56,830 nucleotides of DNA from Deltaproteobacteria bacterium. Its GTDB lineage: Bacteria; Myxococcota_A; UBA9160; SMWR01. Location of the stretch: assembly GCA_032128375.1 (NCBI GenBank), contig JAQBGU010000076.1, positions 1 through 56,830 of the forward strand, given 5' to 3'. Both the position numbers and the translations under genes were made by a program. Below are positions 18,831 to 27,586 of this stretch, in pieces (the stretch's first letter is position 1; each line of letters begins with the position of its first letter). The notes beneath the pieces are model-generated. The model made no database searches, was not told the DNA's origin, and was given only the letters and a program-made list of their open reading frames with translations.

Positions 18831-21800
18831 CTACGACTCTTCCGGACGCACGCGCTCGGTCAGCTCTCGCACTTTTTTCGACAACGTCTGGCAGATGCAG
18901 ATCGCGATCGCCGGCAGCTCCTCCATCAAGCGGAGCAAATCATCACGGTCGAGTCGCAGCAATCGAACCCGCTCGAGGGTCGTCACGGTGGCGGTTCTGC
19001 GCTCGCCTTCGAGCACCGCAATCTCGCCAAAGAAGCTCTTCACCCCCATCTCAGCGAGCTGCGTATCGCCAGTCGTAACACGCACGGTGCCCTCGACGAT
19101 CAGGTAGAGACAGTCGTCGGTATCCCCTTCTCGGACCACGACGCTTTCGGGCGGATGTACGACCTCGCGGACTTCGTCGGCCAGGTCGATCAGCTGGCGC
19201 GTTGTCAGCCCGTCGAAAAGTGGCAGGCTCTTGAGGTGAAGCGCGATCTCTACCGGGCTCAACACGCTGCCATCATCCTCGATACGGGGCTGGCCAGCCA
19301 GTGTCGAGTGGGCCGCCGTCTTTTCCGCGGCCAGCGTGGCTTCGGCCAGACGACGCGTGAGGTCATCGTTGTCTTCCAGCAGAGCCGCCTTGGTTGCATC
19401 GGCCGTCGGGACCTGGATCCCCAACGCCGCCGCCGCCGAGCGGGCGCGCAATTCGAGCGAGCGGTCGCTCATCAGCGGCATCAACTGGGACTTCTCGTGG
19501 GGATTGAGTAGCGCGTCGAGCGCTTCGTACAGAATCGCACTGTTGGCGCCCGTGCCGCCGCGCTTGAGCAGATCACCGAGCTTCGCGATCCGGTCTTCGT
19601 CGTGGATCGCCGCAAGCAGCAGCAACGCGGTGTGCAGGCTCTCTTCCGTTCGCTCCCGTAGCCGTTGGCGTACCATCGATGCTTCGGGCAATTGGCCGAG
19701 CGAGTGCGTCTGCACCAGCTTGCGTCGCGCCGATTCCAGCTCGCGATCGAACAGGCTGCGCAACGTCCTCTCCTCGATCTTCAGCTGCCGGATGATCGGA
19801 ACGATCGCATCTCGCGCCCGCCGCCTGCCGAACGACAATTCGACCAGCAGTACATCCGCCGCTGCCGGACCCAGTGCAATCAAGCCTTCGCGTGCAGCTC
19901 CCTGGACCTGCCAGCCGCCGACTCCGGCGAGATGCTCGATGAGCCATGCAGCGTATTCGGCCTGCCCGGTGAATCCGCAGAACCGCAACATCGCAGACCT
20001 CACGCGCAGATCGAGATCACCTCGGTGAGCCAGCATCGATTCACTGACAACGGCCGCAGCGACCCCGTGACGAACTGCCACCTCGGTCACAGCCTCGGCT
20101 GCATCGGAGCGGTCGCCTTCGCGGTCCAACAATCGGACGAGCAGCCCCAGCTGTGCGCGCCAACGCGGGCCGAGTTCACCGGCAAGCAGGCACGCGCGAA
20201 GCTCCTCTCGGGCGATTCGCCGCTCGATCGCGTCGTCGCTCGACACACCGCTTTCGAGTGCGACGTCGATATCGGCGGCTGCAGTACTGGCCGCACTGCG
20301 CCGCGAAAGGGCAGCGCGCGCCGCGAGCTGAACACCCGGCGACGCATCCGCGAGCGCGTCCTCGAGCACGCGCGCTGCGGCGGGATCGTCTTTCGGCGTC
20401 AGGCGTCCGAACGCCTGCACGACGACTGCGCGGTCGGACTCGCTCAACAGTTCCGGAGCCACGAGCATCGCTTCGAGGTCGATTGCAGCGGCGCGATCGC
20501 GGACCGGGTCGACATCCGACCGTTCCAGTTGCCTCGCGAGCGCGGAAACCAACACGTGTCGCGTCTCGCTAGGCGCAGCGCGCGCGGCGGCCGCAAGCGT
20601 CCGCACCGCGATAGGGGGAGGTGCTTCGGAAACGAGTCCGATCGCTGGACGTGGATCCGAACCCACCAGGTGGCCCGCAAGAACGCGCAGCGTGTTGGCG
20701 TCGATCAACTCTGCGACGTTGAGATCGTCTCCGTGCCCACGGCGGCCCACAGACGCGCGCAGCAGCAACGCCGGGTAGGTCCGCCATAACGCGACGGACG
20801 CGCCCAACCAGGCGATCGCGATCGGGATCGCGATGTAACCCACTGCGATTGCGCTTGCGAATTGAACCGCAGCCATGCTCAGCAGGTTTCCGAGCGCCCC
20901 TCCAGCGCGCTTCACGGGTCCTTCGAGCAGTCCGGTCGCCCGCGCGCGTTCACGCTCGGGGAACAAGTTGAACAGGATTTGCATGGCGGGATCGTAGACC
21001 GCACTGTCCTGCAGCTTGGTTCCAGCAAACGCGCTGACACCAGCCGCCAGATTGAGTCGCACGCTCATGCCCAGAAAGCCAAACAGATAGAAGGCGGGCG
21101 ATAGCACGATCGACAGTGGAATCCCGATCCGGCGGAATAGCGCCGACGTGATCAGCAACTGCGTCAAGAGCACGCCGACGTTCGTCCAGCCGCGCAAGAA
21201 CGCCAGCAACGACAACAGCCCCTGCTCGCCGTCGGCAGCGAGATCGACCACGTACTGAAACTGGAAGTACAACATCGGACCCAGCAAACCGCTGGCCACA
21301 GATCCAACCACCAGCAGACGAAACAGCCGACTGTCGCGCCACAGCTCCATGAAACCGATTTCGGAGTTTCGTGACGCTTCGGTCGAACGCGCGCTGACAG
21401 CGCGGACCCCCGACGAGCGCTCCAGTCGGGGGGGTAGGAGCTTCCGCAGCGGCAGCGTCAACAATCCGCTCATTGCGAATCCGGCTGCGGCCACCGGCAG
21501 CAGCGCATCGATGCCCAGCAAATTTCCGATGGGACCGGAAGCAAAACTCCCGATGATCGTCCCGAGCGTGTAACCCGCCGCCATCGCTGGGAACAGGCGC
21601 TTCGCCTGGCGTCCGTGGAGCAGATCCCCCATCGCCTGCCAATGTGCGAGTAGCGCGATCGACTGAAACTGTTTCGATGCGAGAACCAGCAATACAAACG
21701 ACGAAATCACCTCTGCACGCACCAGGTACCACAGCGGGATCAGCGTGAGCGCGAGACTGAAGAACACGCGCGGTAACAGGCGGGGTCGATCGGAACGAGC

Positions 21801-22013
21801 GGCAACCAGCCCCGCAACGTAGGTCGTCGCCACCAACAACACGGAGTTGATCAGATACGCGAGCGGGAGGTAGTCCACCCCTACACGCTTCAGGAAGAAC
21901 GTCTCCGAGACGTTCTTGACCGAAACATCTGCCCAACCGGCGAGGACCAGGGCCGCAGCGCTCCAGATGAATACGCGCCCCTCTCTGGGCTCGATGCCAA
22001 GCCTCTGAAACAC
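18831..22013 (-). CDS. NTT/TLC-like (Npt1/Npt2) MFS nucleotide translocase fused to HEAT repeats and a cNMP-binding domain
   Basis: Multi-TM N-terminal domain (ETFFLKRVGVDYLP, QAKRLFP..G..LG.I.GS), Ala/Leu-rich helical repeats, C-terminal cNMP motif LYLIVEGTV..FFGEIAVLEGERRTATV. Confidence 0.85.
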   Translation of the reverse strand: MFQRLGIEPREGRVFIWSAAALVLAGWADVSVKNVSETFFLKRVGVDYLPLAYLINSVLLVATTYVAGLVAARSDRPRLLPRVFFSLALTLIPLWYLVRAEVISSFVLLVLASKQFQSIALLAHWQAMGDLLHGRQAKRLFPAMAAGYTLGTIIGSFASGPIGNLLGIDALLPVAAAGFAMSGLLTLPLRKLLPPRLERSSGVRAVSARSTEASRNSEIGFMELWRDSRLFRLLVVGSVASGLLGPMLYFQFQYVVDLAADGEQGLLSLLAFLRGWTNVGVLLTQLLITSALFRRIGIPLSIVLSPAFYLFGFLGMSVRLNLAAGVSAFAGTKLQDSAVYDPAMQILFNLFPERERARATGLLEGPVKRAGGALGNLLSMAAVQFASAIAVGYIAIPIAIAWLGASVALWRTYPALLLRASVGRRGHGDDLNVAELIDANTLRVLAGHLVGSDPRPAIGLVSEAPPPIAVRTLAAAARAAPSETRHVLVSALARQLERSDVDPVRDRAAAIDLEAMLVAPELLSESDRAVVVQAFGRLTPKDDPAAARVLEDALADASPGVQLAARAALSRRSAASTAAADIDVALESGVSSDDAIERRIAREELRACLLAGELGPRWRAQLGLLVRLLDREGDRSDAAEAVTEVAVRHGVAAAVVSESMLAHRGDLDLRVRSAMLRFCGFTGQAEYAAWLIEHLAGVGGWQVQGAAREGLIALGPAAADVLLVELSFGRRRARDAIVPIIRQLKIEERTLRSLFDRELESARRKLVQTHSLGQLPEASMVRQRLRERTEESLHTALLLLAAIHDEDRIAKLGDLLKRGGTGANSAILYEALDALLNPHEKSQLMPLMSDRSLELRARSAAAALGIQVPTADATKAALLEDNDDLTRRLAEATLAAEKTAAHSTLAGQPRIEDDGSVLSPVEIALHLKSLPLFDGLTTRQLIDLADEVREVVHPPESVVVREGDTDDCLYLIVEGTVRVTTGDTQLAEMGVKSFFGEIAVLEGERRTATVTTLERVRLLRLDRDDLLRLMEELPAIAICICQTLSKKVRELTERVRPEES

Positions 22014-22101
22014 CGCACCCCCCGGTCGGGGGACACGATATCACGTGTGCGGTCACACCGGATCTTCCCGTTTGGGAGCGAATTGGCGTACTCTGCCGGC
22101 C

Positions 22102-25053
22102 ATGTCGACCCGAAAGCTTGATTCGAAGATTTACCTGACAATGGTGTCGCTGGCGTTGCTGGTGGTGTGTGTTCACGCCTCGAGCGGCAGCGCGACTCGG
22201 AGCGGCGATGAACACCAGGCCTGGGTTGCGGCGATGAAAGCAGCGCCGCAGGGCCCGTTTCAGGCGATCCGTTGGTTCTGCGCCGATGGGACCGTGCAAC
22301 CGCCCAAGTCGTATGCGTGCAAGGAGAGAGGCGGCGGAATCCAGCACGGACTGTGGAGCCAACAGGCTCAACAGCTGCGCGATGACGGCTTCAAGATCGC
22401 CAACCTGATGGCCGACATCCGCCCCGATGACTTCACGGGTCCCGACGCTGACCTCGACACGTTGAAGCAGATCGTGATCGAGCGGTTCTTGATCCAGGCA
22501 GATGACGGTTGGATTTTTCGAGGGGCACGCTCGTATCGCGGCGCCTTCCAAATCGAAGACGAAGAAGCGGCGGCGTCTGCGGCGCTGCTCTCCATGGCTG
22601 CGGATCCGCGCTGGCGCACGCCGGCGCGGTTCATGTTGCTGCGAGAGGCCGTGCGATTGTTTCCACGTAAAGCCGACTCCACTACGGCCACCCAGGTACG
22701 TCAGCTGGCCGTGACGATCGCAGACAAGGACGCCGGGTTTGCCAAGCTGCGCGCGAAGATCCACAACGCTCCGGACGCGGAGGACGCTGTGCGCGTGCGC
22801 GAGTACGCGTCGACCCAGGGGCAGGCCGATGTTGCGGCCGATTACGCAGAGATCGCCAGCGCTATCGACTCGCTGTACGGCGCTCGAGGGGCTGTCGAGG
22901 CGTTGGGTGAGATTGCGGAACACTCCGAGGACGCATCGCTCTCCCGCAAGTTGGTGCAAGCGGCGATCGAACTGGCGGCCGCCGCCGAACCGACCGAACG
23001 CTTGCGCGTCGCGAGCCGACTACTCGCCGAGCTGCGCAATCGGGTTTCGAGTGCCGCGACGCCCAGCGCGGTCATCGCGCTGTTGCGGGGCAGCCTGGTG
23101 ATCGAAGGCGATGCGTACGTCGCGGGCAACGAGACCCTCGCCGAGCTCGGTTCGCTCTCGCGGCTCGAGCGAATTCGCCTGCTCGCAGACGTCGGCTCAG
23201 CCCTCTACGGGGCCGGCTTCATCAGCGCCAGGCACTTGGCCGAGTTGAATAAAGTTGTGATAATTATTCAAGAACAACGATCGCCGACCGTCGACAGCTA
23301 TCGCGTCGCGCTGCAGACCCTGGTGCGGGCCCCCGAATGGGCCTCGCGCTGGCTGGCGTTCGACTTCTCGCTGCCGGTCGATAAATTCGCGCAGATCGAA
23401 CCGCTCGCGCACCTGTACACGCAAGACCGGATGCGCGGCAGCCCGTTGCTGTTCTACAGCGCCGTGATCGACAGTCTGGTTCTCGACGCCAATCAGCTAT
23501 CTGGAATCGAGCACGAGCTGTTCGGCCAGCGGGTGGGTGCCGGCCTGCGCGCGTTGAACCCAGGTCTGACCCGCGGCGTACTCCGGATCCCACAGGGCGA
23601 CGTCTACGAACGCGACGGCATTTATTTGTTGCCGGAGACCGCTTCGGACCTGCCACCCGTCGCAGGCATCCTGACACTTGGTGAAGGAAGTTCACTTTCC
23701 CATGTGCAGTTGTTGGCGCGCAACCTCGGGATTCCGAACGTCGTCGTCGGCGAGGAACTGCTGGCGACGGTCCGAGCCCACATCGGCCAACCGACCGTGC
23801 TGGCCGTCAGCCCCAACGGCGTCGTCCGGCTCACCCAAGACGGGCCGACCTGGGATGCGATCTTCGGTGCGCCCGCCGCTGCCGGAAGCGAACTGGTGAT
23901 TCGCCCGGACCTCGAGAAGTTGGATCTCGAACGCACGGAACTGGTGCCACTCAGTCGGCTGCGCGCGAGCGATTCTGGACGTTCATCGGGCCCAAAGGGG
24001 GCGAACCTCGGCGAACTCAAACACCACTTCGGCGATGCCGTCCCGCCGGGTTTCGTGATCCCGTTCGGGTCGTTCAAGGCAGTGCTCGACCAGCCACTCC
24101 AAGCTGGATCCGATGCTGGGCTTTCCGTATTCGAGTGGATGAAAGAGCGCTATGCGTTCATTGCGACCCAAGCCGACGATCCGGTTGCACAACAACGCAC
24201 CGTTTCCGAGTTCCTCGCGAAACTCCGGCATTGGATCGAGAACTGTGACCCCGGACCCGAGTTCCGGGAGAATCTACGCGTGGCCCTCGAACAGAACTTC
24301 GGCGCGGACGGGACATTCGGCGTGTTCATTCGCAGCGATACGAACGTCGAGGACCTGCCGGGCTTCACCGGCGCGGGCCTGAACCTGACGCTGCCCAACG
24401 TAGTGGGCTACGAAAACATTCTGGAGGCGATCCGCCGGGTCTGGGCGTCGCCGTTCGAGGACCGCTCCTACGGCTGGCGACAAGGCAACATGGTGAACCC
24501 GGAATACGTGTTTCCAGCGGTGGTAGTGCAGTACAGCTTTCCCGCCGAGAAATCGGGTGTGATGGTGACCGCAGACGTCGACACCGGAAGCCTCGATGCG
24601 TTGTCGGTCGCGGTCAACGAGGGCGTCGGTGGAGCGGTCGAAGGACAAGCGGCAGAATCGCTTCGCATCGAACGTCAGACCGGAGATGTGCGCTTCCTCG
24701 CGCAAGCCACGGCGCCGCTGTTGACCGTGCTACCGCCAACGGGCGGGGTCTCCAAAGCTCCGGCCGGTGGCAGTGAGGAATTGCTGGTCAGCTCGGAGAT
24801 CGCCCAACTGATTGCGATGGCGGACAACGTCACACGTTTTCCGACCTTGCGAGACGAAAATGGCCAGCCGCTGCCAGCGGATGTCGAATTTGCGTTCAGA
24901 GATGGCCGGCTCGCGCTGCTTCAGATCCGCCCATTCGTCGAGAGCAAGAGCGCACAGCGCAACCTGTTCCTCATCTCGCTCGATGAGGGGATCCACAAGC
25001 GCAGCCTCTCGCCGGTCGATCTGCGAGGTATTCCGAGCGGAGCGGGGCAATGA
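22102..25053 (+). CDS. Signal-peptide-bearing PEP-utiliser/PPDK-family dikinase (phospho-His swivel followed by C-terminal ATP-grasp)
   Basis: ATG 22102 MSTRKLDSKIYLTMVSLALLVVCVHASSGSA; His motif GSSLSHVQLLARNLGIPNV (His codon 23701); GPKGANLGEL, VPPGFVIPF, RSDTNVEDLPGFTGAGLN, SGVMVT, DVEFAF..LLQIRP. Confidence 0.88.
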   Translation: MSTRKLDSKIYLTMVSLALLVVCVHASSGSATRSGDEHQAWVAAMKAAPQGPFQAIRWFCADGTVQPPKSYACKERGGGIQHGLWSQQAQQLRDDGFKIANLMADIRPDDFTGPDADLDTLKQIVIERFLIQADDGWIFRGARSYRGAFQIEDEEAAASAALLSMAADPRWRTPARFMLLREAVRLFPRKADSTTATQVRQLAVTIADKDAGFAKLRAKIHNAPDAEDAVRVREYASTQGQADVAADYAEIASAIDSLYGARGAVEALGEIAEHSEDASLSRKLVQAAIELAAAAEPTERLRVASRLLAELRNRVSSAATPSAVIALLRGSLVIEGDAYVAGNETLAELGSLSRLERIRLLADVGSALYGAGFISARHLAELNKVVIIIQEQRSPTVDSYRVALQTLVRAPEWASRWLAFDFSLPVDKFAQIEPLAHLYTQDRMRGSPLLFYSAVIDSLVLDANQLSGIEHELFGQRVGAGLRALNPGLTRGVLRIPQGDVYERDGIYLLPETASDLPPVAGILTLGEGSSLSHVQLLARNLGIPNVVVGEELLATVRAHIGQPTVLAVSPNGVVRLTQDGPTWDAIFGAPAAAGSELVIRPDLEKLDLERTELVPLSRLRASDSGRSSGPKGANLGELKHHFGDAVPPGFVIPFGSFKAVLDQPLQAGSDAGLSVFEWMKERYAFIATQADDPVAQQRTVSEFLAKLRHWIENCDPGPEFRENLRVALEQNFGADGTFGVFIRSDTNVEDLPGFTGAGLNLTLPNVVGYENILEAIRRVWASPFEDRSYGWRQGNMVNPEYVFPAVVVQYSFPAEKSGVMVTADVDTGSLDALSVAVNEGVGGAVEGQAAESLRIERQTGDVRFLAQATAPLLTVLPPTGGVSKAPAGGSEELLVSSEIAQLIAMADNVTRFPTLRDENGQPLPADVEFAFRDGRLALLQIRPFVESKSAQRNLFLISLDEGIHKRSLSPVDLRGIPSGAGQ

Positions 25054-26471
25054 CGCGGCTGCACCACTCACCCTTCACCGCGCTCGTCAGCTACTGTGCG
25101 GCCTCGCTGCTCGGCGCGGTCGCGCTGACGCTGCCCGCGATCGGATACCCGCTGGACGGCTTCGAGCACACCGGGATCCAACGACTGGATGCGTACCGTC
25201 TCGCTCAGACCGGAAAAATTCGCGCACGGCTGCTGCCTCCGGGTGCCCGATTCCCAGGCGATACGATTCAATTGCGACTGATCGAACTCATGGACTTCGC
25301 GATCCCCGCGCCCGATGCTGAGTTCAGCGAAGCGATCGACGCATTGCTGCAAGACGATGCCGATGCATACGGGGTCGCCATACTCGACCTCACGGATCCG
25401 CGGAATCCGCGGCTCGCTGCGCACAAGGCTGAAATGACCCAGAACCCGGGCAGTGTGGGAAAACTGGTCGTGGCGCTCGGTTGGTTCCAGGCACTTGCAG
25501 ACTTGTATCCGGGCGACGACGAAAGCCGCGATGCGCTGTTGCGCAACACCTATGTCACGGCAGATCGTTTCATTCGTCACGACAGCCACGAAGTCCCGAT
25601 TTGGAAACCCGGGGACCCCGAAGTCGAGTACCGGCCCTTGCGCGAAGCAGACACCGCCAACCTTTGGACGTGGTTCGACTGGATGCTTTCGAGTAGCTCG
25701 AACGCGGCGGCCAGCTCGGTGATGGCGCAGCTGATCTTGCTGAAACACTTCGGCGCCGAATACCCGGTACCGCTGGAAACGGCCACAAAGTTCTTTCGCG
25801 ATACCCCACAGACTTCGCTGTCGCGCATTTTCCGCGAGGCTGTCCAAACCCCAGTCACCCGCAACGGACTGGACATCGACAAGCTGCGTCAGGGCAGCTT
25901 CTTCACGGCCGAAGGAAAGAGCCGGATCCCGGGTACCAACAGTGTCTCGACGCCGATGGAGCTGCTGAGATTCATGCTGCGGCTCGAGCAGGGTACGCTC
26001 GTGGACGGCTACTCGAGCCTGGCTCTCAAACGTCTGCTGTACCTGTCGGAGCGCCGCATTCGCTACGCGTCGTCACCCGCATTTCGGCGCGCGGCCGTCT
26101 ATTTCAAATCGGGCTCCCTGTACAGCTGTCAGCCAGAAAAAGGCTTTGAATGCGGTAAGTACCGTGGGAACGTTCTAAACTACTTGAATTCTGTGATCAG
26201 CGTAGAAACGGAAGTGTCCGCCCGCAGCCTCCACTACATCGCCGTGGTGCTTTCGAATGTGCTGCGCAAGGATTCTGCGGAGGTCCACAAGAACCTGGCG
26301 ACCGAGATCCACGCGGTCATCGACGCATATCACGCGGGTGCGCGGACGCATACCGAAATGGAGGACGCCGGGTCTGCCATCAATGCGGAGTCCGCTTCCG
26401 ACCTTGACGTGATTGTTCCGATCGATGAGATCGACGCGGACGAAATCGACGAGATCGATGGAGAAGACTAG
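25050..26471 (+). CDS. Exported class A beta-lactamase-fold serine hydrolase (PBP-like)
   Basis: Signal peptide; SxxK (GSVGK), SSN, KSG motifs; ATGA-coupled to the dikinase; acidic tail. Confidence 0.85.
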   Translation: MTRLHHSPFTALVSYCAASLLGAVALTLPAIGYPLDGFEHTGIQRLDAYRLAQTGKIRARLLPPGARFPGDTIQLRLIELMDFAIPAPDAEFSEAIDALLQDDADAYGVAILDLTDPRNPRLAAHKAEMTQNPGSVGKLVVALGWFQALADLYPGDDESRDALLRNTYVTADRFIRHDSHEVPIWKPGDPEVEYRPLREADTANLWTWFDWMLSSSSNAAASSVMAQLILLKHFGAEYPVPLETATKFFRDTPQTSLSRIFREAVQTPVTRNGLDIDKLRQGSFFTAEGKSRIPGTNSVSTPMELLRFMLRLEQGTLVDGYSSLALKRLLYLSERRIRYASSPAFRRAAVYFKSGSLYSCQPEKGFECGKYRGNVLNYLNSVISVETEVSARSLHYIAVVLSNVLRKDSAEVHKNLATEIHAVIDAYHAGARTHTEMEDAGSAINAESASDLDVIVPIDEIDADEIDEIDGED

Positions 26472-26554
26472 TTGCGCGTTCGCTGCTGCGCGGCGATAGT
26501 TCCACGCCGTCGACCGCGGGACTTGTCGATCGCGCTGCACCGCGGAGTCTGAGC

Positions 26555-27586
26555 TCAGCGGTTCGCTTGGTTCGAGCGCGCCGGATGCGCCTCCGCCAAC
26601 GAATCCGGAGCCATGACGATCGCATCGAGGCGGGTAATGATCTGAGCGAGCCAGGTCTCGCCCTTCGCGCCATCGGCGAGAACGACTGCGATGTAGCGAT
26701 GCCCTTCTCGTTCAACGAGCACACTGTCGGAGTGAAACGTCGACCACGAGCCCGACTTTCGCGAGACGGCGGCATTCGGGTCGATCCGATGCAGCGCACG
26801 CACGAACTTGTGGTCCAATTCGCTGTTGAGCAGGATCTCTTTCATCGCCCGACTGTGCTCGGGAGTCACGAGATCCTCATTGGCCAGCAAATAGTAGAAC
26901 CGCGCCACCTGCATCGCAGTCGCGCCGTGGGAGAGGTTGTGGAGTGGATCGCGGCGCCAGAGTCCCGCTTTCGCGTAGTCTTTCCCGACCCACAGTCCCC
27001 CGTTGTGTTCCGGGTCGTAGAGTCGATAACGAGGCGATAGCAGTACACGCGCAATGTACTCCTTGCCAACCCGGTTCATCATCTCGGTCGCAAATCGATT
27101 CGACGAGACTTTGATCATCCTGCTCAGCCGGTATCGAGTCGCCGCGTTGAGATTCATCTTGCCTTGCGCGATCTTCTCAAACGCGGCCAGCAGAATTGCG
27201 ATCTTCGGCAGGCTCGCCGCGTACATCATTTCGTCGCCGTTGACAGCCGCAACTCTGGGGGGATCCGAATCGAGATCGATCAGCACAACGCTCAGATCAC
27301 GACGCCCGACCTCGCCCGCGAGCCCGAGCGATGCCAATTCGCGATCGACCCGCCGCTTCAGGTTGTCGTCCAAATAATCCCACAACGGCGCGTCGTCTTC
27401 GAAACGAGCAATGCCGTCGAGTTCCATCAACTCGCGGATCGGGGTCGTCTCGATGATCTCCCAATAATCGTCGCCGCCGTCTCCACCGAGACCATCGGCC
27501 GCCACGGGCATCGCGACCGTGAAGACCGCTGCCGTCAGCGCTGCCGCCCGCACACCCCGCCAGAGCTGGAACACCTGTCGATTCAT
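26555..27586 (-). CDS. Exported class A beta-lactamase-fold serine hydrolase (PBP-like)
   Basis: ATG 27586 overlapping the NTT stop (ATGA); signal ..AMPVAA; YAASLPK, SSN, RKSGSW. Confidence 0.88.
   Translation of the reverse strand: MNRQVFQLWRGVRAAALTAAVFTVAMPVAADGLGGDGGDDYWEIIETTPIRELMELDGIARFEDDAPLWDYLDDNLKRRVDRELASLGLAGEVGRRDLSVVLIDLDSDPPRVAAVNGDEMMYAASLPKIAILLAAFEKIAQGKMNLNAATRYRLSRMIKVSSNRFATEMMNRVGKEYIARVLLSPRYRLYDPEHNGGLWVGKDYAKAGLWRRDPLHNLSHGATAMQVARFYYLLANEDLVTPEHSRAMKEILLNSELDHKFVRALHRIDPNAAVSRKSGSWSTFHSDSVLVEREGHRYIAVVLADGAKGETWLAQIITRLDAIVMAPDSLAEAHPARSNQANR

Noticed and set aside
22102..25053. PEP synthase (ppsA) or rifampin phosphotransferase call
   Set aside because: Wrong domain order, no pyruvate-binding barrel, and a signal-like N-terminus.
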